A stretch of 64,000 nt of DNA from the human T2T-CHM13v2.0 reference genome, Homo sapiens: NCBI RefSeq assembly GCF_009914755.1, contig NC_060932.1, one strand, 5' to 3'. Both the position numbers and the translations under genes were made by a program. How positions within the stretch are numbered: position 1 is the first letter of the stretch; each line of letters begins with the position of its first letter. This document shows positions 1-14,179 of the stretch, one piece after another. Below the pieces are notes generated by a model. It saw nothing but the letters and a program-made list of their open reading frames with translations, made no database searches and was not told where the DNA came from.

Positions 1-118
1 GAGGATCACTTGAGCCTGGGGGGTGGAGGTTGCAGTGAGACATGGTCATGGCACTGTACTCCAGCCTGGGAGACAGAGTGAGACCTTATCTAAAAAAAAA
101 GAAAAAGGAAAAAAGAGA
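1..118 (+). mobile_element. Alu (AluJ-like) right-arm 3' end with A tail, cut by the window edge
   Basis: gaggatcacttgagcc...ctccagcctggg...acagagtgagacc followed by an A-rich tail. Confidence 0.9.
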
Positions 119-386
119 AGAGTTTTGCTGCTTCCTGTCATTCCTGTCACCTTTTGCCCAGCAGAGTTCAATGCACAGCTTCTACATAGAGATGATGATT
201 CTGCCTGGTCATGAAATGGTTTTGAGATGGAGGATGTTGCTATGAAAAGTAAGGAATGTTGAAGGACAATGATTTTTGTACTGATTTGTGGGCTTCTCAA
301 CACATATGTCTCTACCCTATCTGTCTTTTGCGGTGCCACATATACAAATAAGTCCTAATGTATTCTTATTAAATATTAGCCCTTAA

Positions 387-513
387 TAATTATGCCTAGT
401 GTTCCACTATTGGAATGCTAAGCTTGTGGGAATTATTTATATCCTACTGCTCAAGGTCATCGCCAAGGTATGATTTTTCACAAAATAAATTTACAACCTC
501 TGGCATAAATGGG
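387..513 (+). mobile_element. MER85 piggyBac (PGBD3-derived) MITE
   Basis: ttatgcctagtgttccactattggaatgctaagc...ggcataaatggg matches the MER85 consensus as recalled. TTAA at 383-386, ttac after the right TIR, left TIR eroded. Confidence 0.85.
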
Positions 514-849
514 TTACTTCTTGACCAAGTATCTGGTCAAAGAGTATGTTCCCATTTCTCAGAATCTGGGAGAATCTTGAGGAATGGCTTTCTTTCTTCA
601 ACGGTTTTGAGGTTTTATGCCTACTGGGTATAAAGTAGTGAATCATGTCTTTTCCTTTTTAAAATTTTAAATTACAGATATAGCAAGGCAAATTCAATTT
701 TTCTTCCACATAGACCCATACATTAAACTGATTTGAGTGTATTTCCCTTTTTTGAAACATGTAGGATTAGGAAAAGAGAAAAGTCTAAATTTAGAAAAAA
801 TACTGTGTTAATTTTAACTGAGATACTCACATTGTACCTAATAACGTTT

Positions 850-950
850 TCTAGAACTTAAACTATAATAAGATATATATATATATATATAAAATAAAAA
901 TAAAAATAAACAAAAAAAATAAAATAAAATTAAATTAAAAAAAAAAGAAA
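850..950 (+). mobile_element. Extremely 5'-truncated L1PA 3' terminus plus A/AT-rich tail
   Basis: ctagaacttaaactataata resembles the L1PA end (ctagaacttaaagtataata), followed by (TA)n and A-rich sequence; no TSD seen. Confidence 0.55.
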
Positions 951-1148
951 CCTTTGAAACCTCTTAGAACCTAACAATGTGCTCAGGGAAACCCAAGATA
1001 TTGTATATATACAATGTAACAAACTTGTTACATGTCAGTTCTCTATGATTCTATCAAATGAAAATGAGAATGTGTCAAATATTAAGCCCTCTGGGAACTT
1101 TGGGGAGTTTCATCTGAAGTTCATCTCACTTCTCCCTTCTCCTCTTAG

Positions 1149-1313
1149 GTGGCCATGTTTGTGCTGCAACTGGGCAGTGCCACATTTGTGGTCACAGAGC
1201 CTGTGATCAGCGCAATGACAACTGGGGCTGCCACCCATGTGGTGACTTCACAAGTCAAATATCTCTTGGGAATGAAAATGCCATATATATCCGGACCACT
1301 TGGATTCTTTTAT
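1149..1313 (+). CDS. SLC26A7: SLC26A7 coding exon (probable exon 5), 165 nt, phase 0-0, [55 protein letters not shown]
   Basis: Pyrimidine tract + ttag acceptor at 1147-1148 and TAT|gtgagt donor. Translation carries the Sul[13 protein letters not shown]...SQVKYLLG motif and matches SLC26A7 as I recall it. Confidence 0.97.
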
Positions 1314-2965
1314 GTGAGTTTTTCGTATGCTTTCATACATATCTTTTGAATGTGCAGGTTTCACAAAGTAGAATTTGATTAATTATAGTACTGAGATTTT
1401 TCTGTATTAAAGCAACTTGGGTTTAAATAAAATCTTATAGGATATTTTGAGTGTGACTTAAGGTATGCAACTAATTTAGTGAGTAATTTCTACTAATTTT
1501 GGAAATGATTCCTTGTAATGAACAATGGAATATGAGCTAATTTGGGGGCATAATTAGAAAAAAAAAACCTGAATTTTTTGTGAGCCAGGTATTGTTGCCA
1601 GCTTCTAATGGAAGTCATCCACTGGGATTATGGCCAAGTTTAACAATAGTGCACTCCCCCACATTCTTTCAGTATTACAAATCCTGGGGTGGATTAAATC
1701 AGAGGCCTGGTTGAAATTGGTGGCTGAAGCCTCAGTAGCAGACAATCAGCTATTAAAAACCACCTGAACCCAAGAAAGAGAGTAGCACCTGGCCATTTGC
1801 AACATATTTTTCTAACAACACTTTTTTGTTCTTGGGTTTGTTTTCGAAGTGGACCTAAAATCTATAACCGCTCAAGAACTCAGATCCTATTAGAGGTTTA
1901 TTTTTTAAAAAGCCTTGTTAATGAATTTGCTGACAACCAAACTTTGTTTTGTTTAACTTTATGCATTGCTGTATACTAAATAACATTAATTTTTTGTTTC
2001 ATAATGAGAGTATTGCCATTCTTAATTTTCTTAAATATTAATGGCTCGAAGTAACTCAATGAATGGAGTATGGTAATTTATCTATCTGTTATTGAGGTGG
2101 TTTCTGTCATTTCTGTATTATACATGGCCCCGTGAGGATCCTCTTTATTTGCATATTATTCTCTGCACCAAACAAACATTGATTGTTTCAGTAGGATAAG
2201 TTCCTATGATAGAATTATTAGATCAAAGGGGTATAAATTTCAATCTGAAAAGATGTATCCATTAATATTTTACTCTGACCTTATCACTGTCAACTCTGGT
2301 TATGGCTATTTTTTAAGTGACCATTTGATATGTGAAAAAAATGGTATCACTTGTCTAAGTGTGTTTCTCTGATTAGTTGGTAAAGAAGTTAATAAAAAGC
2401 AATTAGCAACACAGAGCTGGAAGCTGGATCTGAATTCGTATTTCTTAGATAATTTCCTGCTCAATGATTCATTCATTGTAAGAATGATTAACACTGAAAC
2501 AAGAACACTGGAACTGGGCCTGGAAGCAACATAATTCCAAGCTCCAGCTCAAACAAAAGCAGACCAAAGTAGCTGTAAGCTGTCAGGTGACTGGTTGAAA
2601 GTTTAAGACTTTCAGTGACAGCAGGTCTACACGACAGAACCAAAGCAGTGATAGTTTCTGTCTTGACCTCTCACCTGGAAATGGCCTGGCCTGCTTGTCG
2701 GCACATGTGCAGTTTAAGGAAATGACTGTCCATTACCACTTGGCCTCTTGAATCATATCTGCATACACAAACGATCATCTTTCTTTTTTCTAGTTGTGTT
2801 AAAGAAGCAGGGTAGCCTGCTGTGAGAATGACATTGGTCTTTCAGCTTGTTTCTCTGGTGGGAATGTGTATAAACTTCTATTAAACACTTCGGTTAAAGG
2901 TTTTGTGTGTGATTTTGTTTTTCATTTTGTATTTTTGAGGGAAACTGCAAGCTACTTTACCCTAG

Positions 2966-3220
<255 letters not shown>

Positions 3221-6200
3221 TAAAAACTTTACGGTGAAACGGAATCAGATTTGGGAATGTTTTTGGACTGCTGGCTTTAAATTCACATTACTCAGTTGAT
3301 GGAAATTGCTATGCTTTGTGTTGATGGAAAATGGAAAAAAAGAGTTGCTCTTGCTTTTCAATTATCACAGAGTCCTGTACTGTGAGGCTGTTAGGTGGGA
3401 ATGGTGCTTTGGTTCTTTGCCATGGTTTCAAATGGATGTTGATATTGCAATGCCAAAAATTCTGGTGATCTGAGTGTTAGATTAAGAAATAAATCTTACA
3501 TCATGCACAGGTTGCAGTGGGATATTGGGAAGTGTGCTTTGGGGTACTTAGGCTGAGAGAATCTCATGATGGCTACACTTGCCACTGGATCATTTAAGTG
3601 TTACATAAAGAAGCAGAGCTGAACTCAGCAAGGATGTAGAGCAGAAGACATCATACAGGCCTTGGCTAGCATGTCAAAGAACCTACAGCAGAATGAATTG
3701 ACACATTTGTAAGACTTTTCACTCTTTGACATGTATCCTGCCTCTGAGTTTTCACAATTGTTATATCCTTTCAGAAAGTAATTCAGGCTGATGAGAGATA
3801 AAGCCCATGTTACTGATATTCTTGGAACATAAATTGGATATCTAGAATATTTAAGACTCTTGCACAATGAGCCAGTCATGATTCCTAATAGTCCCAGGTG
3901 GGCTACTCATTTTTGTCAAAAGAGTCCAGTTTTAGCCAATCAAAATGTCCATTGATTAATTAATTATTCTTAGGTTGAGTTCTGTAGACTGGGGTCTATT
4001 TATTCTGCCACTGTGTGGTTTCTACAGTGCCTTCCTCACAGGGGATGTCTGATTCTGTGCTATTCAGAGAATCTCATTCCCTAGTTGAGTTGGATGAGTA
4101 TGAACAGCTAATATTTCCATCTCTTTGGTTGCTCTGGGGTGGCAGGTGTTCTTGCCACAATGAAATATTTTTAGGGAGCAATTTGAATCAGATACATGTA
4201 GGGGTTTGTGCTCAGTTCTGCCCTCTTAGATGATAGATAACAGACTTCTCATAGGCTTGAGGGATAGACATGGCATAATGCCTTCCCCTTTTCTACTTCT
4301 GGCATGAGGAAAACACGCCCCGACTCCAGCGAAGCTCAGGTGGTTGGGCCGCTCTTTCTCTTCTAGCTGAAAGTTGTTAAAGAGTTTCCTCAGGGGAGGA
4401 GTTCTTCCCGAGTGTGAAACATTACTAAGGCTTTCCCCTAGAACTTTGAATGCCCTTCGAGAATTTCTAGGGTCCACATATTCAAAGGGAGCCTCCAGAA
4501 TAACTGTCATGACCCTACTATATCCCTAAGAAGAGTGGGTATAATTAGGCCTAACTTATCCTTTTATTTAGCCTTCCTAAATTCCTTCACAGATAACTCT
4601 TTACTTTTTAAATTTGTTCTTAAGAGTTTTATCTCTAGATTCATATACTTCTGATTAAACTATCTTTCTTTTAGTATTATGGCTAGTTCTTTGTAAACTT
4701 TAAAGATTACATCAATGTGTTCTTTTTCAGGTATATATTGGGAAAAAATTATTATTTTTTCTCTGAGGTAACTTTTAGCTCTTGTTAGTTACCATAACTT
4801 GAGCTAATGACCGAGTGTCTTTGATTTCCAGTTGTCTTGTCTGTTTTGTGCACTGATGATAATTATACTTCTTGGAATTCATTTCCAAAATGAAAAGCAT
4901 GGAACATAGGTGTTCATTAAGTGGAAGCCATTGTCTTTCTTACTAGTAGTGAATAGTTCAATGTAAAAAATTATGCATTTTTTAAGTGTCATTTAAGTAA
5001 TAGATACTAATGCTTTTCCTCTATAGAGGACTCTTAATCAGATTTTAAAAAAGACTAAATAACAAAACAAACTTATGTGTATTTTAATGACTTTAGAATG
5101 GCTTGAAAATTTATAAAACCTTTAGAAACAAATATATCTTCTGTTAATGGGGGTTGATCATTAAAATTAAAAAAGCTATGTTTTTTAGTTTATTTTTATT
5201 TATAAAGGTTTTCAACAGTTCAACTCAAATCTCCCTCAGCAGTTATAAACCCATTTAATAAATTATAAACAGTGTTGCAATATATTTTAAAATAAGAAGA
5301 AACAATAATGTTATAAGGGTCACTTGTGTCTTGGGATCCTGGCTCAGAAGTTAAATTGTTCTATTCTTGGCTTCCTTTAAATTCAAATATTTGACCAGTA
5401 AGTTGGTTCCTCACACAGATAAGAAGAAAAAGTTTAATTCTTATTTACAAAAAAAATTTTTAAATTGAGGAATGATGAAGTATCTTTTTATCAGAAAGGA
5501 TGTTTTCCCCCAAAAGGCACAATAAAAATTACAAAAATTCCTAGTTCGTATTAGCACATGTGGGTTTCTTTGAGATGGTGCCAGTGTCTCAGCCTGCAGC
5601 AGCCTATGATAAATTTGGCAAGGATACTTTCATTGGCATGGCTTTATATGAGCACTGCTCTAAATAATTATGTACAGTTATATATATTAAACCCAAGAGC
5701 AAAAGGCGAGCTTGGCAATATATTCAGCCATCCTTCTTGGAAGTTTTTATTTTCTGCCCTAAAAATGGGTAGTTTCAGAACTGGAAAGCAGTTTAATTCT
5801 CACCCCCCACCCCTGAAGTACAAGCAAAGTACTTTTCTAGTTTGGACTGCAAAGACTGCAAAGGGGAACCAAGAATGTTAATAAAATGGGATAGAAATGT
5901 CAGAAGGAAGTCAGAACCAATGAAACATTTTCTTTTATAGGGAATGAGATCACAATTAAATATGTATAAGTGGGGTTTATACGTGGAGAACAAATCTACT
6001 TTGTAGACCTAGGCTCTGTGGGATTTCTGAATCAAGAACATGCTTTGATGGTTTATGAAAGCTCACAGTTTCTCTGCAGATATTGTGACATCTCTATTGT
6101 GAATTGTGGGAATGTTCAGTATACCCTGAAAAATGGACAGAATAAATTAAAGGGGAGAGAAAAAGAATGTTCATCTGTAACTTGATTCAATCAGTGATGC

Positions 6201-6749
6201 AGGGGATAGAAGATGTGGCAGGTTTAATTTGGATATGAAACAACTATATGTAAATTTGTAGCCAATGTTACTTTAGGATTCTAAATCAGAGAGCAAATAT
6301 TTTTGCAACTCAACCATCGTAGGCCAAACTCTCTCCATCCCTCACAATTCACTGAAAAATGCATCAACACAAAATCCAGTGCTCAAGTAATTCAAATTAA
6401 ACTAATTTACCAAACAAGAGATGGCTGGATGCCACCTGGACCTTGGAATGCTTGGTTGTATGTTTGGTCCAAGTGACTTTTGTATACTCATGATGTCTTT
6501 AGCTATTTAACATACCATACTTCCCTTAGACCACATTTGTTCTGAGACTTATTTTATCCCTTGAAGTAATAGCAAATGGATTTATTCCAACTGTATCATA
6601 TAGTTATTGATTAGAAATTGGGGTATAATGATGTAAAAAACTACCAGAATGTTGGTTTTCCCTCTTTCTTTTGGGATTTTGTTTGTACTGATAAAAATAC
6701 AGCCTGTGGTTAATATCCAACTTAATCTTTCCCTTTCTCTTTTTTCTTA

Positions 6750-7058
6750 TCTTTTTTTTTTTTTTTTTTGAGACATAGTCTCACTCTGCCACTGAGGCTG
6801 GAGTGCAGTGGTGCCATCTCGGCTCACTGCAACCTCCACCTCCCGGGTTCAATGGTTCAAGCAATTCTCGTGCCTCAGCCTCTGGAGTAGTTTGGATTGC
6901 AGATGTGCATAACCACGCCTGGGTAATTTTTGTATTTTTAGTAGAGCTGGTGTCTTGCCTTATCAGCCAGGCTGGTCTTGAACTCCTGTCGTCATGTGAT
7001 CTGCCCACCTTGGCCTCCCAAAGTGCTGGGATTACAGGCATGAGCCACTGCACTCAGC
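6750..7058 (-). mobile_element. Full-length Alu (S/J type)
   Basis: Poly-T followed by both arms; small internal ggttcaa duplication near 6845-6859. Confidence 0.93.
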
Positions 7059-7499
7059 TTATATTTTTCTTGTTTTTGTATTTATGTTCACTACTGTAGA
7101 GGGAGGTGGGATTTGAGGGGCTTGATCTTATCAATACATATTCTAAAATGTTTAATGATGTATAATGATATAGGCAAAGTTGACAAGAGACATCAAATTC
7201 TTATGAATAGAGAGAACTTGTGCTAACATCAGGTTCTAAAGGATCAGAGTTGGCTTTAGGTGTCCCTGAGCAGGAATTTAGATCTGCTTGGAGGTAGGAT
7301 TCAAATGCAATGAGCTTGAAAGCAAGTTGGGGTGGGGAGAGGGCATGCCTGGGCAATCATGACTCATGTTTAAAGGTTCCAAGGATGTGAAAGCTGCCTT
7401 AATTGTCCAACAGAATAATCAGAATAATCTGGGGGGATTTTACAAGCTACACATGAGTAGGAAGAGATAAACATGCATCCTTGATTAAAGAACCACTAG

Positions 7500-7900
7500 A
7501 ACAGATTTACTCAACAAATTGACCACCTCACAGGCATTGAGGATACAGTTGAACAATAACATTTTTGTTCCCGTGGAATTTTATTGAAACACTGAGGAGG
7601 GACGCAAAGTATGGAGAGAGGAGACAAACAAATTGGCAAATGAAGTAATCTCAGATAGTGTTAATGAAGGAAACAAGGCGGTGTGATTGAAGGTGGGTAA
7701 CGTGGTCAAGTGACAGGGGTGGGTCTGCTTAGATAAGATGGCCTGGGAAACCTTTTCTGAGGACATGGCTTTTGAATGGAGGCTAGAAAGATGAGAGAGA
7801 CCCAGCCATAGAATGATTTCAGTTAAGAGTATTCTATGAAGAAAGAGCAGCAAATGCTAATTCCCTAAGGTAGATATAAGGTTGGCATGTTGGAAAGACA
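7500..7900. mobile_element. L2 fragment
   Basis: Diverged similarity to L2 3' region (ctgaggacatggcttttgaatggagg...gaagaaagagcagcaaatgc). Confidence 0.55.
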
Positions 7901-8049
7901 GAATGGGTTTGCTTCTAAGATTCTTTCCAGTGGAATTTCAGAAATTTTGTGATTCTATTTCATTAACTCCTGAGGTTTGGCTACAAGACCAGACCCTACT
8001 CTTGTTTTATATGTGTAGCTGGCAGAATATAGGTTTAATAGTGAGACAA

Positions 8050-8230
8050 GACCAAGAACTACATGCCAGCTCCATTGTTCAATTTCTGTGTGGTCTTAAG
8101 CAATTTAGCTAACCTCTCCAAGTCTTATTTTCCTCATGTGTTAAATGGAAATAATAATGCTCACCTTGAATTAATTAAGACATTAAATGAATCACTGTGT
8201 ATAAGATGGCCAGCATAGAGCCTGAAAGTG
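8050..8230. mobile_element. MIR SINE
   Basis: MIR core: cttaagcaatttagctaacctctc...ttttcctcatgtgttaaatgg. Confidence 0.65.
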
Positions 8231-9185
8231 TTAATTCCCCTACTCTTCTAGGAAGTGACTAAGTTTAAACAGTTTCCCCATTCTTTCTTCCTGAGTACCC
8301 CCTGCACCACCCCCATCTGCCTATGATAGGGAAAATATGAAAATTCCTCTCCCTTCAGGAACGGAGGGTGAAGGCACTGTATAGATACAGGTAGGCTTTC
8401 ACCAAATATGCTTATGTTAAGAAAAGGCCATAATCTGTGTATTAACAGCTTTCAGAATCAAGTTGAAAGGCGTATTGCTTCCCTTGTACTAATGTGACTC
8501 TGCTGCTGATGTTGAAGGCATAAGACTGGAGGGTGAGAAGAGCTCGTATGCCTGAGAAGCAGCCAGGTGCCATTGAATACCACCACTAAAACCCCAAATC
8601 TAAGACTTCATGCTCTGTAATAGTCTCCTCTTCAAAGAGGTAGCATCTTCCCTCCATAACCCAAGGGAAAAGGAAGCAGCAGGGAGATTTGGAAAAATTC
8701 TTTGCTGGACTGAAAAAATCATGAGATAGTCATTGGTAAAATGTGCACGTGTTTGTCTAGGGTTGAGGGGACCTGTGTCAAAATCCTGATTTTCTCATTC
8801 ACAAGCCAAGTCACCTGGGGCAGGACACAAGTCTCTGGAGCCTTGGTTTCTATTTCTACAGAATAAGTGTGTGGAACTGGTTGATTTCTGAGGTTTTTTT
8901 CTGATGCTGACAAGTGTCTTCTGAACATTTCCTTTGATAGGCATTTTAGTTGTAATCCTCACTGCAGATATCAACTATGCCTGATTGATCTTTGGTAGAT
9001 GGTCATTCAGTTGGCCATCTCTCTTAATGGTACTGATCACTTGGTAATTATTATTGAAAATGTTCTGTTTTGTTTCTTTTTGTGTTTTAGAATACTTCTA
9101 TCTCAGCTAACATGAAAAGAGGGGAATTTGCTAGGGTCTATCTGTGATTCTAAGAACAAAAGCTTGGAATCCCCTCTGCCCTCTC

Positions 9186-9580
9186 TATTAGCTTCCTAGG
9201 GCTGCCACAATAAACTATCACAGACGAGGTGGCTTAAACAACATAAATTTAATTTCTCCCAGTTCTGGAGGCTGGAGATTCACAATCCATGTGCTGACAG
9301 GACTGGTTTCTTTTGAGGCCTCCCCGCTTGGCTTGCAAACGGCCTCCCTCTTGCTGCTTCCTCACATGGTGGAACCCCTGTGCATGCACAGCCCCTGTGT
9401 CTCTGTGTCCTGATTCTTAGGAGGACGCCAATCATATTGGATTAGGGCCCACCCTAATGGCTTCCTTTTAACTTAATTACTTCTTTAGAGACCCTGTTTC
9501 CAAATACAGTCACATTCTGAAGTACTGGGGGTTAGGATTTGAACATATGAATATTGAAGGAACACAAGTCAGCCCATAAT
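9186..9580 (-). mobile_element. MaLR solo LTR (MLT1A/B-like)
   Basis: tattagcttcctagggctgcc...ggtggcttaaacaac...ggattagggcccaccct...cagcccata. Confidence 0.85.
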
Positions 9581-9631
9581 ACTTTCTTTGAGTTGTCTCA
9601 GAAGTGAGCAGCATTAGATTTGGTGCTGGCG

Positions 9632-10092
9632 TCTTAATGGCTACTGTAACTTGTTACCACAAATCTGGTGGTTTAACAAAACAAATTTATTCCCACATTT
9701 CTGGAAGACACTTCAAAATCAAGGTCTCTTCTGGTCCATGCTCCCTCTGCAGGTTCTAGGGGAGAAACCATCCTTGCCTTTTCAGCTTCTTCTGGCTCCT
9801 GGCATTCCTTGGCTTGTGGCTGCATCACGCCAACTTCTGCCTCTGTCTTCACATGGCCTTCCCTGCTGTTTGTTCTTCTCTCCTGTCTCTTACAAGGATA
9901 CTGATCATGGGATTTAGGGCCCACCCAGGTAATTTTAGGTGATCTCATCTTGTGGTCGATCCTTTACTTAATTACATCTGCAAAGACCTTATTTTTCCAT
10001 ATAAGGTGACAGTCACAGGCACTGGAGTTTAGAATGTAGACTTTTTTTTGGTGGGGAGGGGAGATAGGGGACTACAATTCACTCACTGCAGT
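9632..10092 (-). mobile_element. MaLR solo LTR (MLT1C/D-like)
   Basis: ggctactgtaac...ggtggtttaa...ttctaggggagaa...gatttagggcccacc...catctgcaaagacc. Confidence 0.82.
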
Positions 10093-13000
10093 AACCCAAC
10101 CATGTATGGTGAGGAGGTTTTATGTTTTTGCTTGTTTTTTGTTTGTTTGTTGGTTTTAAAATTAGAATGTGACTGAAGTTATCCATGTGATGCAATCAGT
10201 AAATATAATTAATATAATTTCAAAGCTATTTCAGGGCCGTGACTACCACTGAGCGCTCTGTGTTGTGAGATGAGGCTTCTGATAGAAGTACCATCTAAAT
10301 GAATAGATTATTAATAAATTTTATTCAACATAGGACTTTACAGTAGATACAATGAGTAAAATAGTTTATTCGGTGGTGCTACTGTTGTCTTATTTTAATA
10401 TATACTCTTTGAGACATAGAAAACAGTCCATATTTTTAGACACCTATCTATATGCTGATTATGCCAAATGCACTTTCAAACCAAAGTTTGCACATGTGGT
10501 AGCTGGCATATATGGATGTTACCATTGTTTCTGGAGATAGTTATGGTTTTGTGGTTGATGACTGACTCAAAATAATTTATTGGGAATTAAGAATTGTAGA
10601 TTGCAGATTAGTAGTTTATACCTACTATTAAAATAGTGTGCTGATAGATTTATTACAGTGTGCTAATTTTACTAATGCTCTGTTGTTTCTCTAGTCAAAC
10701 ACTAACTTATTTATCACAGATCTTTAGAGCCAAGATAGTGCAGGAATGATAAAAAATGCTACTAAAGGGTTATGTGTTGTTTTTAGTGTAGAAATATTTA
10801 TTCAAATAATCTTTGTGGTCCCTTTATGGATAATTCAAAGATGTATTCATCATTACTAGTGAAGAATTATTATCAATAATATCATTATGCTCTAAAAATG
10901 TTTAAATCATTTTTTCTCATGTATATTTTATTACAACAAAACCTAAACCAACCAGAATGCAGAGGAAAGTAATGTTTTGATTAATAGAATTTTCTGGTTA
11001 ATAAAGTATTGAGCAGAAAGTTTATTTAATTTTTAATACTTGTTAATATTTTCTAAACATATAAGATCTTTCTATTTGTGTTATGAAATTTAAGAGTGGA
11101 TAAACTTTGGATTTTTCTTCCTGCATAGGTATTTCTTTACAGTGCCTTTTTTAGAAATTCACGGCAGTTGTGCAATGAGAATTCAATAGCTATGGTCCCA
11201 GAGAGATCTTTATTTATCTTTTCTTCACTAAATACTAAACTTTTTCAGCCTTGATGTTGCTTCATTTTTATAAAATTAAAATTTGACTATATCAAAGATG
11301 GATTACTTAAAATTACTGCAATGGTAGCTTTAATATTTGGCTCAATGCCTTGCACATAATATAACCTCAATAAACAAGTTGAATAAATGAAACTTGATAA
11401 CTGCAAATCCCCCTAATATGATATAGTCCAAGTATTGGTAGTGAGAAGAGTCTGGATCCTTTCTCTTCTTGCTATTCTACTTATTCAAGGTAAAATCTAT
11501 GCCTACTTACAGACTTATTGTTACTATTACTATGCTAGACCCAAGTATTCATTCATTCAACAAAATTTATTGAGTATCTACTTTTTTCCCAGACACCATT
11601 CTAGAAGTTGAGAATCTATCAGTGAAAATAAAAGCTTATAAAGAAAGGCAAATTAGACAAAAACACATTATATAAATATATTGTATATGTGTGTGTATGT
11701 GTGTGTGTAAATGTCTGTGAAGTACTTTAGAAAAAAGCCTCACATCTAAAGAAAATAATGAGAAGCAGTACATGTGCTGTGGATAGGTGATTTACCTCAA
11801 GATGGATTGTTTATGCATATTGATATTTTTCATTTTATATCATTATAATAAATGGTAAATTTAAACAACCAATATTACAGTCTCAAAATGAGCTGAACTC
11901 TCAATATATAATGAACTAATATTACAGTTTTATTAAACTGACTAGGCAGTTCTGGTTAGATAGCTTACTTATTTATCCATACAGATATAAATATTATCTT
12001 TGCTTCTCTGAGATCTGGGGAGAAAATGCTGATCCTCAATAGGAATTTTTATCTACTGGAGCTTAGTGCATGATAGTGTATTCAGATGACTGGATTTATA
12101 CCAGAAATTAGAAATTTAATATGTGCTTAGGATGCCTGGAACTCTATTAAATAAGCATATGTAAATATGTGTGTGTGCATGTGTGCATGTCTATCCTTAG
12201 CCCCATTCCTGTCTCTTTTTCCATATGCCACCCATGTATCATGAGCCTGTTTTAGCCTGTGATTCTCTCTGTGGGTCCACATGACAGTCATTAGAATGAC
12301 ATTCCTCACCAGCCTCCTTTCCTATTCTGTTCTTCATGCTGGTTGTAATGAGCTATCCACCCCCTTGTTCTTCTGGAGCATCTTGTGAGATGTGCTTTGC
12401 TTAATGAGCTATAGTTTAATCCAGACAGACAATAAAAACCCTGGGGGGTTTTCTCATTCCATTCATTCTGGGGTGGTCATTTTTATTACTGCAAACACAT
12501 GTTCTCAAAATGCACACTACAGCAAATTTGGTATGGCTTGGAAGTTTTGCATATTTCTACTCTTTCTTATACAGACATTGTCATGGCATACTTTTAATAC
12601 CACATAAAACAGCAGAAAAGATATTCTCTAAATGCTTTAAAATACTTGGATATTTGTCTTCTTCCTGACAGATCATCTAAATAATATTCTCAATTTTATC
12701 CTGAGATCATGAAAAATCATCAGAAAGCATTTGGACAATTTGTTATTTTACATCGTCTCTATCCCCTTTCCCTGTAGAATATTTCTCACTGAGTAGCATT
12801 TTGGATTTTTATCCTGGGATTGATTGAGTAGTGGGCAACTTTAAGCAATGAACCCTGTTCCTTCTAGAGAAATCCTGTGAACAGTTATCATCCACAACAT
12901 AGAGACAGAGAGGAAAAATGTCATCTGCATCTAAGATAATGATGACATTGTAGTACCTACTTTTCTTTTGAAGTAGCATGGAATAAAATAGAATTATGTG

Positions 13001-13786
13001 AAAAAGATAAAAAGCAAAGCTACCTGACCCCTAATACGTTTATTAATGTATCTGATTACATAACTAGTGGGTTCTTTTGTTATTGTCATTTTAACTGTAT
13101 GGATAAAAGGGGGTCTGGATAGCCTGCGTTATGCTAATTCTTTTCACCCAGTGAGGCTCCACTTAATTGAGTACATTTTCTTTGCTCAAAAGATTTAACA
13201 TGTTAATGATAAAATTCAATATGCAGAATTCAGGCTCAACCTGATGCACTGCCTTTATACCAGGTGCATTTGATCCTTGGGCCAGATGGGCTGAGTCCTT
13301 TGATGAGGAAACCTACTAAGCAGAATTTTATGATATTCTAAGAAATATAGTCCATATAAATTCTTTTGATCCATTGTCTATATAATGTTTTGACTCAATA
13401 TTTTGAGTTGTGGTCAAATTATATTTAAGATGCTAAATAGAAAGGACAAAGAACACAAAAAGTTAGGCTACTATAAGAATAGCCTGTGTGCCAGAATAAA
13501 ACTAATCTTTATCACCTGAAACTAGACTTGAGCAATCCGCTGTGGACAAATAGAAATGAGGTTATAAAAACTGGATTCAGCATGTTCAAGAGAAGGAGAA
13601 GTTAAGAGACATTTTGGAAATAATCATATAAGGACAATTCAAAACCCTAAAGTTATCAAAGTGATATATTTTCATAAGAGAAAACATGGAAGATACAAAT
13701 AAGCTCTTATGCAGAGCTGTTAACATTCCAGATACATTCATACATATATAGAAGCATGAAATTTTATTTCATCAAAAGTAATATCT

Positions 13787-14174
13787 AAATTAGCTTTCTA
13801 GGGCTTTCAAAACAAATATCACAGACTGGGTGGTTTAAACAACAGAACTTTATTTCTTACAGTCCTGGAGACTGTAATCAAGAAGTCTAGATCAAGGTGA
13901 TGGCAGTTTTGGTCTCTTCTTAAAGCCTCTCTCCTTGGCTTGCAGATGGTGGCCTTCTCCTTGTGTCCTGACATGGTATTTCTCCTGTACAAGGTGCATG
14001 TCTGTGTTCTAATCTCTTCTCAGTCATTTTGGATTAGGGCCCACCCATATGATCTCATTTTACCTTAATCACCTCTTTAAAGGCCCTGTCTCCAGTATAG
14101 TCACATTCTGAGGCACTGGGGGTTAGGACTTCAACATATGAACTCAGAGGGGGCCACACAACTGAGCCCATAAC
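13787..14174 (-). mobile_element. MaLR solo LTR (MLT1A0-like)
   Basis: cagactgggtggtttaaacaacag...gattagggcccaccc...cacattctgagg...gcccataaca. Confidence 0.85.
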
Positions 14175-14179
14175 AATGT

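Noticed and set aside
387-513. Possible small RNA (sno/snRNA) pseudogene
   Set aside because: The TIR and TTAA context and sequence fit MER85; no poly-A tail or long TSD.
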